NCBI GenBank assembly: GCA_026415215.1
Contig: JAOAHN010000122.1
Coordinates: 11,954-75,953, forward strand
From: Candidatus Hydrogenedentota bacterium
GTDB taxonomy: Bacteria; Hydrogenedentota; Hydrogenedentia; Hydrogenedentales; Hydrogenedentaceae
Direction: 5' to 3'
DNA: 64,000 nucleotides
This document shows, in pieces, positions 51,632 to 60,090 of this stretch (position 1 is its first letter; each line of letters opens with the position of its first letter). The position numbers and the translations under genes were made by a program. The notes under the pieces were generated by a model. The model saw nothing but the letters and a program-made list of their open reading frames with translations. It had not been told where the DNA came from and searched no databases.

Positions 51632-53323
51632 TTAGAGAGACTTTATCCTATTCATTTTTTCTATTATATGTTTAACTTTTTTGCCCATAGCAGAAGAGCG
51701 TTCATATCCCCCTTTATAAATATTTAATGTTTGTTTGCACAGTTCTAATGGATTGTTGCCTTCTAAATTATCTCTTTCAAATTTAGTCACATTAGTGAGA
51801 GGTTTGAGATAAGGATTGATTTCGCTAAATATTCTTATCTGCTCATCTATCTCAGTTAGTAGCTTTACTTGTTCTTTTGCTTTTGAGATATTTTTATTGG
51901 CGAGGCTATGTCTGATCTGTTCGGTAATGTATATACCTTGTTTGTATTTTTTCGCTAATTCTTCAAATATAGCCGAGAACTCTTTGCTCCAATCTTTTGT
52001 AATAGTATCCTGTGGGATTTTATAGTATTTCAAGGTTTCTAAGGTACCTAAATTCTCGTTTTTACTTATGATAGAAGTCCCAAAACTCTCTATCCACATT
52101 TCTCTATAAGCTAACCTTAGAAAATCTTTTTCTGTGATCTCCCTTCTGATCAGTGGTAAGAATTGAAGGCACCCATCCGAAGCAAACTCGGAAATATGCA
52201 CATTGATATTCTCCATCGTGAGAGAGTTTTCTTGTTGTGTTATAAGTTCCTGGGAGCGATAATGGATTAACCATTCAAACGCTTGAAACACTTGCTCCGG
52301 GGATATTTTGTCAGCAAAAGTGTCTTCGGTGTGTCTCGAGGATATATCCATTTTGAAACTTCTCTCTCTAAGTTCTACCGCGATATTTTTTCTACCGTAA
52401 GGTCCTGTTTCTCTAAAGTGCACATAACCTACGGATACGAGTAAAACAGGACATCTCACCGCTACCGCAAGATGCATGGTTCCAGTGTCGTTGGTTATTA
52501 ATGCAGAAGAATGTTTCAATAATCCTGCTAATTGATCGAGATTTGTTTTTCCAAACAGTGGTATTGCTAAGCCCGGTACTTCTTTTTGAAACCTGTTTCC
52601 TAATTCTGCTTCAGATGTGACTCCGACAAGAAAAAAACGAGCTTTGTGTTTTTCGTGGATCAATTTGGCTAATTTTGCGAAAAACTCAGGAGGCCATCTT
52701 TTAACCGGTTCACTCGCACCTAACTGCAAACATATAACCATTTCCTCTGAAGATATAGAATATCTATTGAATAATTCTCTTGCATATTCCTCACCTTCTT
52801 TTTTAACTTCATATATTAGACTGTCCACGGAATCGTTGACCGGTTCGTAAAGTTTAAAAATGTCGCACAGGTTCAAGTCATTATAATCTCTTGATAGAAC
52901 ACTCGTAAAAAAGTATACAGTCCACGCTCCTTTTAGATTGAATACCCAATCAGAAGAGATATTTGCCCCCACTACATCTTCTATCTCTGCCAACTTGAGT
53001 AATAGTGCCGAAGATGTACTATGGGTTACATTGTACGCTTTGTTAAATTTTCTACTTTGGAGTTCAGTAATAAATTTTTCGGTAGTTTGGTACGCATTAA
53101 GTAGTCGGTCTGAGTCATTAGATAGTAAGTCTGAAAATATAGGATCCTCATTGTAGATTATGTAGTCATTTATATCAGGGTTCGCTTTTGCTACCGGCTC
53201 ACTCATTGACCTTATCATCAGAGTAATATGGGCATGGGGGAATTTTTTACGGATATTACTAAGCAAAGGAGTGGTTTGGAGAGTATCACCTATTCTCGCA
53301 GTCTGAAGAACTAATATATTCAT
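51632..53323 (-). CDS. GT9 (heptosyltransferase-like) glycosyltransferase with a ~220-aa C-terminal extension
   Basis: N-terminal 'MNILVLQTARIGDTLQTTPLL' and 'GASEPVKRWP', 'NDTGTMHLAVA' motifs of ADP-heptose:LPS heptosyltransferases. The C-terminal region is unknown. Confidence 0.65.
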   Translation of the reverse strand: MNILVLQTARIGDTLQTTPLLSNIRKKFPHAHITLMIRSMSEPVAKANPDINDYIIYNEDPIFSDLLSNDSDRLLNAYQTTEKFITELQSRKFNKAYNVTHSTSSALLLKLAEIEDVVGANISSDWVFNLKGAWTVYFFTSVLSRDYNDLNLCDIFKLYEPVNDSVDSLIYEVKKEGEEYARELFNRYSISSEEMVICLQLGASEPVKRWPPEFFAKLAKLIHEKHKARFFLVGVTSEAELGNRFQKEVPGLAIPLFGKTNLDQLAGLLKHSSALITNDTGTMHLAVAVRCPVLLVSVGYVHFRETGPYGRKNIAVELRERSFKMDISSRHTEDTFADKISPEQVFQAFEWLIHYRSQELITQQENSLTMENINVHISEFASDGCLQFLPLIRREITEKDFLRLAYREMWIESFGTSIISKNENLGTLETLKYYKIPQDTITKDWSKEFSAIFEELAKKYKQGIYITEQIRHSLANKNISKAKEQVKLLTEIDEQIRIFSEINPYLKPLTNVTKFERDNLEGNNPLELCKQTLNIYKGGYERSSAMGKKVKHIIEKMNRIKSL

Positions 53324-53325
53324 TG

Positions 53326-55113
53326 CTATCTTTTCTCCTTTAGGAGCTGTTCTCCGAATACTCTTATCTCATTCATCAGCCAGAATATTTTTTCAGGAAA
53401 GGCAGATTCTGGGCCCAGTGTATTTAGGTAGGTATTAATATGATGTTGAGTAAAGGGTATATCCTGGGGTAGAGAAATTAGCCACTGTCCAAGTATAGAA
53501 TCTTTTCCTACTATATCAATGATTTCACCAATTGTTCTCCTAATCCGAATACCCTTTCTAATTATTTTCCCGCCAAAATTCTCAATTAAAAACTCCAACA
53601 TTTCTTGTGCTCGATTTTGATAAGTGTGTTCTTTTAATGCTCGCATCCTCGCATTCTTGGCTATTTGTTTTCTCTCGTCCTCATGTTCAAGGTAATAATT
53701 AATTTTTTCTCTCAAGGATTTTAGGTCTGTATATGTTGGTATTTCTTCATGAATGTCAAACAATCTCTCTAATCCTTTACACGGGTCACATAGTTGAAAT
53801 CCACCGGCCGATGCAATTTCAAATACCCGTGGGTTTATAGCGTCTGCTTCCGGGTCGATTCCTTCATGGATTACACTCGAGTGAATGTTTAAGTTAATCT
53901 TAGAGCCCGCAACTATTTTCATATACTCTTCTGTGTCGAAGCCTTTTTCACCTTCTACAACATGGGGCAATAAATCTTGGTCATACCAATTAACTCCCCA
54001 TATCTTCAAATTGTAATCAGTCAATCCTTTGAGAATCTGAATTCTGTTGTAATATCCAGCGCCGGCAAAAGATAAGTCACATTTATATTTTTTTTCTTCC
54101 TCCGGAGTGAGTTTTATAGGCTTATGTAAGTCTGGATCACAGCCTGTAAGCACAGCTTTGTGATATTTACAGCCTATTGAGTCAAGTTTCTCGTCAAAAT
54201 CACCGGGTTGTATGTGGAAAAACACATCATAGAAAGGTGCTATGTCCCTCCAGTAACTCATATGTCTCCAATTTTCGACAAACCAAAAGGCAGTGATTAT
54301 ATTCTTTTCCCTCAATTTGCTCACTGTGATTATATTCAAAGGAGCTTGAGCAAGTGCTATACATATCTCGGGCTGGAATTCTATTATTTGAGCATAACAC
54401 CATTCTGAAAGAAATCGAGTAAGGAATTCTTCAAGATAATTGACGATCTTTCCACTTTTAATTTTTTCTTTGACAGAGTTGTAGAGAGACCATCCGCATT
54501 CGGGATCTATAAGAAACGCATTATGACCTAATTTTTTCAAGGCGAGCGTTAGATATTTTGCTATAGGCAGAGATCCCCCATACATAGGACCTATTACTGC
54601 AATGTTTAATCTGTTTTTCTGGAAAATGTAGGTAGATATATCTCTCAAAAATGAGTTGTAAAACTCAAGATTTAGTTTTAGTGCTATTGGATGAAGGAAA
54701 GGTTGGGGAATTTTGTTTATAAACTTGAGGAAAGTCTCGTCGTTTAGCAGTTCATTAGTATTTCTTGATATAGCAAGTAACAGATTATCTGGAAGCTCCA
54801 CAGTATTAATACATGTAGTTACTATCTCAGGATTTGTTTCTATTACTAATAGTTCAAATCCTCTTCTCAAAAGTTCTTTGATGTGGTAGCCTAATCCAAG
54901 CCCTCCTACTATAACTGGCCTTCTTATGTCCAACTCAGCTGAATCTATTATTCTTTTAGCTTCTTCAAACGGATCATACTGACTATGATAAAGAAGTCCA
55001 TTTACTCTTATCGTTTTTATACCTTCTTTTTTTTCTAAGATCTCTATTTTCGCTGGTGTAGGATTATCTTTTAACTCGAATCTCCATTCTTTGATTGTTT
55101 TTACGACGCCCAT
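53326..55113 (-). CDS. CgeB-family (DUF3880 / Glyco_trans_1_2-like) glycosyltransferase
   Basis: C-terminal 'EIASAGGFQLCDPCKGLERLFDIHEEIPTYTDLKSLREKINYYLEHEDERKQIAKNARMRALKEHTYQNRAQEM' matches the CgeB/Glyco_trans_1_2 pattern. Its start codon abuts the stop of the upstream fusion gene. Confidence 0.55.
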   Translation of the reverse strand: MGVVKTIKEWRFELKDNPTPAKIEILEKKEGIKTIRVNGLLYHSQYDPFEEAKRIIDSAELDIRRPVIVGGLGLGYHIKELLRRGFELLVIETNPEIVTTCINTVELPDNLLLAISRNTNELLNDETFLKFINKIPQPFLHPIALKLNLEFYNSFLRDISTYIFQKNRLNIAVIGPMYGGSLPIAKYLTLALKKLGHNAFLIDPECGWSLYNSVKEKIKSGKIVNYLEEFLTRFLSEWCYAQIIEFQPEICIALAQAPLNIITVSKLREKNIITAFWFVENWRHMSYWRDIAPFYDVFFHIQPGDFDEKLDSIGCKYHKAVLTGCDPDLHKPIKLTPEEEKKYKCDLSFAGAGYYNRIQILKGLTDYNLKIWGVNWYDQDLLPHVVEGEKGFDTEEYMKIVAGSKINLNIHSSVIHEGIDPEADAINPRVFEIASAGGFQLCDPCKGLERLFDIHEEIPTYTDLKSLREKINYYLEHEDERKQIAKNARMRALKEHTYQNRAQEMLEFLIENFGGKIIRKGIRIRRTIGEIIDIVGKDSILGQWLISLPQDIPFTQHHINTYLNTLGPESAFPEKIFWLMNEIRVFGEQLLKEKR

Positions 55114-58100
55114 TCATTTATCCTTTTCTAAAGTATCTAACTCTTTCTCAATTTCTTCTGTTTTTCCAAAAAGTTCGACAAACTCCTTTAAAAGATTTAT
55201 TGCTTCACTTTTATTGTTCTGCCTGACTAAATATCTTGAATACTCTATAATAAGCCTTACATTGGAAGGGTAGAACTTACTAAATCTATCTAAGGTTTCT
55301 TTAGCTATCTCATTTTTCCCTAATGACTCACACACAGACACAAACAAAGGAAGTATCTCTATGTATTCGTATGAATTTGAATAGACGGAATAGAAATACT
55401 CAAAGGACTTCTCTAAATTATTGACTTGTAAATAGGCTTGGGCTATGGCTAATTTTAATTTCAGATCTTTAGGAATTTGCTTTTCTGCCTCGTGTAGATG
55501 CTTTAAAGCTATAAAGCCCTGGCCCATTGCGACAAGTAGAATACCGTACTCAAGCAAAATTTTTGGATTTTCTTTGTTGCTTTTGAGAAGCTCAGTATAT
55601 ATTTCCTGGGCTCTTACTAAGTTTCCTGTGTGAGCGTAGAACTTTGCCTCGAGTGTTTTCTTTTTCCAATCTGGTATTTCCAACTTTACCTCACTGAGTT
55701 CTAATAGATACTCAAACTTTTTTTCGGTTATTAACATACTCACGAACTCGTCGAAAATTTTTTCTGCTGTTGGTATTTTTTGTGCTACTGCTACATATTG
55801 ATATGCCCTTATGTCTTCATAATCTCTTTCACTAACTCCTAAGATTGTTAATTTCCCTAACCTAATAGAGCCATCCGCATTTTTTGGAACATAACTCTCT
55901 GGTGTAATGTTGATAGGACTTACTAAGATGGGTAAGTAACCAGCTCTTTTAAGAAGACTTCTTATCCCTGTTTTGCTGAGCAGACTAATGTGAGTAATGT
56001 CTAATATTCCACTATCTTGGTATCTCCACTCACCATTAGAAAGCTCTGCAATAACACCCCAGTATCTAATGTTAGGGATACTGATAAGTACATATCCGTA
56101 ATTAGCAAGGTATTTGTGTATCTTTTTAAGGATATCAAATGGGCTGATAAGATGTTCTAAAACATCACAAAAACAGATGAGGTCAAAAAACCCATCCTCG
56201 AAAGGCAAATCTATTTCCTCAATGTTCCCGCATATTACTTTATCTAAGTTTTTTTCAGCAATCTTTGCTATGGACTCTTCTGTTTCAACTCCTGCAACAA
56301 AACTAACTTTGAGAATGTCTTTTAGAGCTTTTCCGAAAAGCCCAACTCCACAACCGATATCTAACACATTTTTCACACTTTGGGGGATATAAGGTAGGAG
56401 ATCCCACCTTTGAGAGGAATAGTAGACTATTGGTTTTCTCGAAAGTTTATTTACTCGAGGCCGATTAAGGTTAAAGTTTTCCTCAATTGTTTTTACTATC
56501 TGTTCGACTCTGTGATGATATGTATGATATTTTAATACTTTTTCCTTACCTTGCTGTGCTATTTTTTCCCTCTCGTCCTCATTTTCTAAGTAGTATTTTA
56601 TCTTATCCAATAACTCATCTTGGCTATGATATACCACAATTTCCTTGCCGTCTTCAAACAGTTCGTTTATGCTATCTGCAGGATCTGTAACAAGTAGAGC
56701 TCCAGATGCAAGGGCTTCAAAAACTCTCATATTTAGGTCATAGTTGATGGCTGAGTTTACTACAATTTTGCTTCGAGAGTATATTCTTGCCATTTCTCTA
56801 GGCCAACTTTTTCCTATGAAGTGATTGGGAAATTTATCTGCAACCTTTTTAAGAATTTTTATCCTTTTGTCTCCCTCTTCGTGAGATAAACTCCCTACAT
56901 AGGCTACATCAATGTCTCTTGGAAGTTTCTCCTTAGGGTATAGTTCAGGATAGCAAGCAAGGGGTAGCCAGTATACATATCTAATCCCCTCCAACTTGAA
57001 CAACTCCACATGGCTTTTTTGTGCTAAAAAAACTATGTCAAAGTGGCGAGCCATTTCAAGTCTCGTCTTAAAGTCTAAATGAGTGTCTATAAAATACGCT
57101 ATTTTGAGTATGTTCATTGCATCCAGTTCTGGGTCTATTGTTTTTAATCCTGAGTCCACATAGAGGTAGAACTCAAAATTATATCCGTTTGGAAGTTTTT
57201 CAAGTGTATGCTTTATCCTGTTTTCATCCAATGTAGTTGGTATTCTCGGCGGAGGATAGGGGGGATAAGGGGATAAGAATCCCCATCTCTCAAGTAGCTC
57301 TTCGGGGCATCTAAAGCCGATACTTACAACATCATGTTTTTCTTGTAAAGCATATTCTAAGTATCTTCCAGTTGTATAGGGAGAGGATACATAGTCTAAG
57401 AGGATGCGATATCTTTTAGGATAATTTGGAGGTTTGCTTATTTGAACAGAGTTAGTTTCTAAACCTGAATGGGTAAGTATAATCTTTTGCCATTTATCCA
57501 CAAATTCGCCAATAGGAAAGGTATTTTTTACCGTTTCTCTACCTCTTTCTCCAATCTCTCGAGCTACTTTTTCGTCTTCTAATAGCAATTCTAAATACTC
57601 TCTTAATTCTGCTGGATCAAATGAAGAAAATCCGTCAACCCCATTTGTTATAGGAGAGGTATAGTTTTTTAATGCTACCACAGGCATCCCACAAGCCATG
57701 GCTTCTAACATTGCTAAGTTATAACCATCCTCAAATTCTTGTCGTGTCACATGAAGGTAACACCTATTTTTCCGGTAGGCATTTAGGAGTTCCTCGAAGC
57801 TTGTAGAGACAGTGGAATTTGGAATTTGAGGATTTTCTCCAATGACTTGGTTTGGCAATCCCGCACATACTGCTTCTTGAAAAGGTACATCAAACATCCA
57901 GTTTCTCTCGTACATATAGTTGCCTACTCGCAATATCTTGGGAATCTCACCTGTGTATCCTCCATATTCATCTACATCTATTCCAGGAGGTACTACATAT
58001 CCTTGAAGATTATAGTCATCTTGTTTAGAATATGAGATAAATACTAAAGCAAAGGCTTTTGCAAGAACCTCAACATTTTTTTCGAAGAGTTCGACGATAT

Positions 58101-58437
58101 TTGGGTCAGATTTTGGAAGAATTGTTTTAAGGAAGGTTTTCCTATTATGACACACAAGCAATTTCGGGCAAGTGTATTCTTTTAGATCCCAAGCATTTAG
58201 CTCATTGTGGGCAATTAGTATATCGTAGTACCCATTTTTTAGTCTGTCACGCCATTCTTCTTCCGGAATCTCAATCAGGTTTTCAGGTTTAGGTCTAAAT
58301 TGGGTTTTCCATGTTCGTGAGAGTATACCTTCTTTATATAATCCCAGCTCCATCTCAAAACCTGTTTTTGCGAGAAGACACATGTAGGGCTCATGAAAGT
58401 TGAATGTGAGGATTCTAATCTTTTTGGGGTAACCCAT
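55114..58437 (-). CDS. Four-module fusion: GT4-like glycosyltransferase + CgeB-like domain + class I SAM methyltransferase + C-terminal TPR repeats (1107 aa)
   Basis: GT4 'EDGYNLAMLEAMACGMPVV' (aa ~240-260). CgeB-like 'FEALASGALLVTDPADSINELFEDGKEIVVYHSQDELLDKIKYYLENEDEREKIAQQGKEKVLKYHTYHHR'. SAM motif I 'VLDIGCGVGLFGKAL' with 'DLICFCDVLEHL'. Helical TPR-like repeats fill the last ~270 aa. Confidence 0.6.
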   Translation of the reverse strand: MGYPKKIRILTFNFHEPYMCLLAKTGFEMELGLYKEGILSRTWKTQFRPKPENLIEIPEEEWRDRLKNGYYDILIAHNELNAWDLKEYTCPKLLVCHNRKTFLKTILPKSDPNIVELFEKNVEVLAKAFALVFISYSKQDDYNLQGYVVPPGIDVDEYGGYTGEIPKILRVGNYMYERNWMFDVPFQEAVCAGLPNQVIGENPQIPNSTVSTSFEELLNAYRKNRCYLHVTRQEFEDGYNLAMLEAMACGMPVVALKNYTSPITNGVDGFSSFDPAELREYLELLLEDEKVAREIGERGRETVKNTFPIGEFVDKWQKIILTHSGLETNSVQISKPPNYPKRYRILLDYVSSPYTTGRYLEYALQEKHDVVSIGFRCPEELLERWGFLSPYPPYPPPRIPTTLDENRIKHTLEKLPNGYNFEFYLYVDSGLKTIDPELDAMNILKIAYFIDTHLDFKTRLEMARHFDIVFLAQKSHVELFKLEGIRYVYWLPLACYPELYPKEKLPRDIDVAYVGSLSHEEGDKRIKILKKVADKFPNHFIGKSWPREMARIYSRSKIVVNSAINYDLNMRVFEALASGALLVTDPADSINELFEDGKEIVVYHSQDELLDKIKYYLENEDEREKIAQQGKEKVLKYHTYHHRVEQIVKTIEENFNLNRPRVNKLSRKPIVYYSSQRWDLLPYIPQSVKNVLDIGCGVGLFGKALKDILKVSFVAGVETEESIAKIAEKNLDKVICGNIEEIDLPFEDGFFDLICFCDVLEHLISPFDILKKIHKYLANYGYVLISIPNIRYWGVIAELSNGEWRYQDSGILDITHISLLSKTGIRSLLKRAGYLPILVSPINITPESYVPKNADGSIRLGKLTILGVSERDYEDIRAYQYVAVAQKIPTAEKIFDEFVSMLITEKKFEYLLELSEVKLEIPDWKKKTLEAKFYAHTGNLVRAQEIYTELLKSNKENPKILLEYGILLVAMGQGFIALKHLHEAEKQIPKDLKLKLAIAQAYLQVNNLEKSFEYFYSVYSNSYEYIEILPLFVSVCESLGKNEIAKETLDRFSKFYPSNVRLIIEYSRYLVRQNNKSEAINLLKEFVELFGKTEEIEKELDTLEKDK

Positions 58438-58449
58438 TTTCGTAACTGG

Positions 58450-59088
58450 CTAATTGCTATCGATGACTTCGATATTTTCAACTAATTTTTTTAATAGATT
58501 AAGTATTTCTATTTCCTTTTCAGCTCTCGGAGCTAATTCGTATTGTAGTATATCCGAAAGAGATATTATATCTTCTCTGTCTAAGGCTTTATAAGCTTCG
58601 TTAAGGTACTGATTCAATTCATTGTGATGTTCTATTATATCGCTTATTATTGGATTTTCCCCCTCCACATACTTTGATATTGTGTTTACAATTAATGCTT
58701 CCCGATTTTTTATTTCACCCCAGATCTCTGTTAATTTTTGAAATGGACCGAGTGCGTCGGCTGGATTCTCGCTCTGAAATAGTTCCGCAATCCCATAACA
58801 TAGGTTACTTAATTCGGGGGTATATTTTTCTAATTCAACTATACTTTCGCGAAGTAATTGCAAGGTCGGTACTGCAGTTACCTCAATTATGTGTATATTA
58901 GAAATATCCATATTTTGAACGGCGCTCAAGGACTTTCCAGGTGGTACTTCTTGTTCATTTACTCTAAGCTTTATTAGACCAAGGTCTTTGCTGGATAAAT
59001 ATTCGAGAAGGGTTTCTAAAACATTCATAAGATTCCTTGCTCCTTCAGGAACTGGAAATTCTTCTTTCTCATTAATAATAACTCTCAT
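58450..59088 (-). CDS. Hypothetical protein (212 aa) immediately downstream of csrA
   Basis: No recognisable domain; predicted largely helical and acidic. It occupies the position where flagellin (hag/fliC) normally follows fliW-csrA. Confidence 0.4.
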   Translation of the reverse strand: MRVIINEKEEFPVPEGARNLMNVLETLLEYLSSKDLGLIKLRVNEQEVPPGKSLSAVQNMDISNIHIIEVTAVPTLQLLRESIVELEKYTPELSNLCYGIAELFQSENPADALGPFQKLTEIWGEIKNREALIVNTISKYVEGENPIISDIIEHHNELNQYLNEAYKALDREDIISLSDILQYELAPRAEKEIEILNLLKKLVENIEVIDSN

Positions 59089-59101
59089 TTTCGCGTATTC
59101 C

Positions 59102-59332
59102 CTATTTTCTATCGTTAATCTTTGGAATATATATATCTCCCCCTCCTGGGTTTTGAGATGCTTGTCTATTTTCCTCTTTGATTAGTAAGTATACTTCTAA
59201 TCTGTGAACTGGAACTGAGCGGGGGGCGTTAATTCCTATCTTTACTTGGTTTTCTTTAATTTCCAGTATTTTTACCTCGATATCATCCCCAATCATTATA
59301 CTCTCATTTTCTCTACGGGATAGCACTAACAT
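59102..59332 (-). CDS. csrA: Carbon storage regulator CsrA
   Basis: Start re-set to ATG 59332 ('[48 protein letters not shown]'). Canonical CsrA fold motifs ('LVLSR', 'GINAPR...V.R.E'). The ATG sits 2 nt after the fliW stop. Confidence 0.9.
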   Translation of the reverse strand: MLVLSRRENESIMIGDDIEVKILEIKENQVKIGINAPRSVPVHRLEVYLLIKEENRQASQNPGGGDIYIPKINDRK

Positions 59333-59333
59333 A

Positions 59334-59789
59334 TTAGACCTCCTGTCTTTCATTAGAAGAGTTATTAGGGTGCGATAGGAACCATTGCACAGGATACTCC
59401 GTTTTGTCTAATATCATTTGCTTTGCTAAATTCTTCTTCTTATTTATCACAATGGGAGCCCTTAGATTTGTTCTTATTTGTTTAGGATCTTCGGGAACTA
59501 CTAAAAGGGTGTACACAGTAATGTCTTCAGTTTTATCTGCCTCCAATTCCGATAAATCTTGAGTAGTAAATGGCACATTATATGTTGGAATTATATAATA
59601 AGGATCCACCATTAGAAAGGCAAGTTTACCGTCCTCAACCGATTGCAACCAGAATATTGGACAATCGGATCCAGCAGGCAAAATTATGAATTTCTTATAG
59701 GCTTGAAATCCGAGGATAGGTTTTACAAAAACTATTATTTCGCTTTTCTTAACCTCAATGTCTCCAAATCTCGTGGTAGCTATTTTCAT
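59334..59789 (-). CDS. fliW: Flagellar assembly factor FliW
   Basis: '[21 protein letters not shown]...KFIILP...[21 protein letters not shown]...[12 protein letters not shown]' aligns with FliW (DUF180). Confidence 0.85.
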   Translation of the reverse strand: MKIATTRFGDIEVKKSEIIVFVKPILGFQAYKKFIILPAGSDCPIFWLQSVEDGKLAFLMVDPYYIIPTYNVPFTTQDLSELEADKTEDITVYTLLVVPEDPKQIRTNLRAPIVINKKKNLAKQMILDKTEYPVQWFLSHPNNSSNERQEV

Positions 59790-59869
59790 TATGGTATGCC
59801 TGCTTATGAAATTTTAAAGTTTAAGAGAAAATCATAATTTTCAGATAGCCAGTAAGTTATTTTTTATCA

Positions 59870-59884
59870 TTGATAGATTATCAA
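59870..59884. promoter_or_regulatory. Perfect palindrome TTGATA-GAT-TATCAA upstream of the fliW operon
   Basis: 15-bp dyad about 80-95 nt upstream of the fliW start, in the promoter region between tRNA-Leu and fliW. Confidence 0.3.
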
Positions 59885-59937
59885 AAATTTTAGGGAGGAT
59901 AACAAACTGGAAATGGCATAAGAAGGGAGCTTCAATG

Positions 59938-60021
59938 TGCCCGGGAGGAGACTTGAACTCCTACCCCATTGCTGGGACCAGATCCTTAGTCTGGCGCGTC
60001 TGCCACTTCCGCCACCCGGGC
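59938..60021 (-). tRNA. tRNA-Leu (type II, long variable arm), anticodon read as AAG, no encoded CCA
   Basis: Reverse complement GCCCGGGTGGCGGAAGTGGCAGACGCGCCAGACTAAGGATCTGGTCCCAGCAATGGGGTAGGAGTTCAAGTCTCCTCCCGGGCA. Acceptor GCCCGGG/CCCGGGC, D-arm GCG..CGC, anticodon stem CCAGA/TCTGG with loop CTAAGGA, variable stem CCCA/TGGG, T-arm AGGAG-TTCAAGT-CTCCT. Confidence 0.8.
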
Positions 60022-60054
60022 TAATGAAGTCATTAATAAATTTTATAACTTTTC

Positions 60055-60090
60055 TATATAAAAATCAACTCGATTAATCGAGATTTTTAT
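60055..60090 (-). terminator. Rho-independent terminator of the zinc-ribbon mini-gene
   Basis: 14-bp perfect palindrome CTCGATTAATCGAG (60069-60082), followed on the minus strand by TTGATTTTTATAT. It is flanked by A and T runs, so it could act in both directions. Confidence 0.5.

Noticed and set aside
58450-59088. Considered whether the gene after csrA is the flagellin (hag/fliC), as in the canonical fliW-csrA-hag arrangement
   Set aside because: It is only 212 aa. It lacks the conserved flagellin N-terminal (..INHN..ALNA..) and C-terminal (..LSLLR) D0 segments and the characteristic Gln/Asn/Ala-rich composition.
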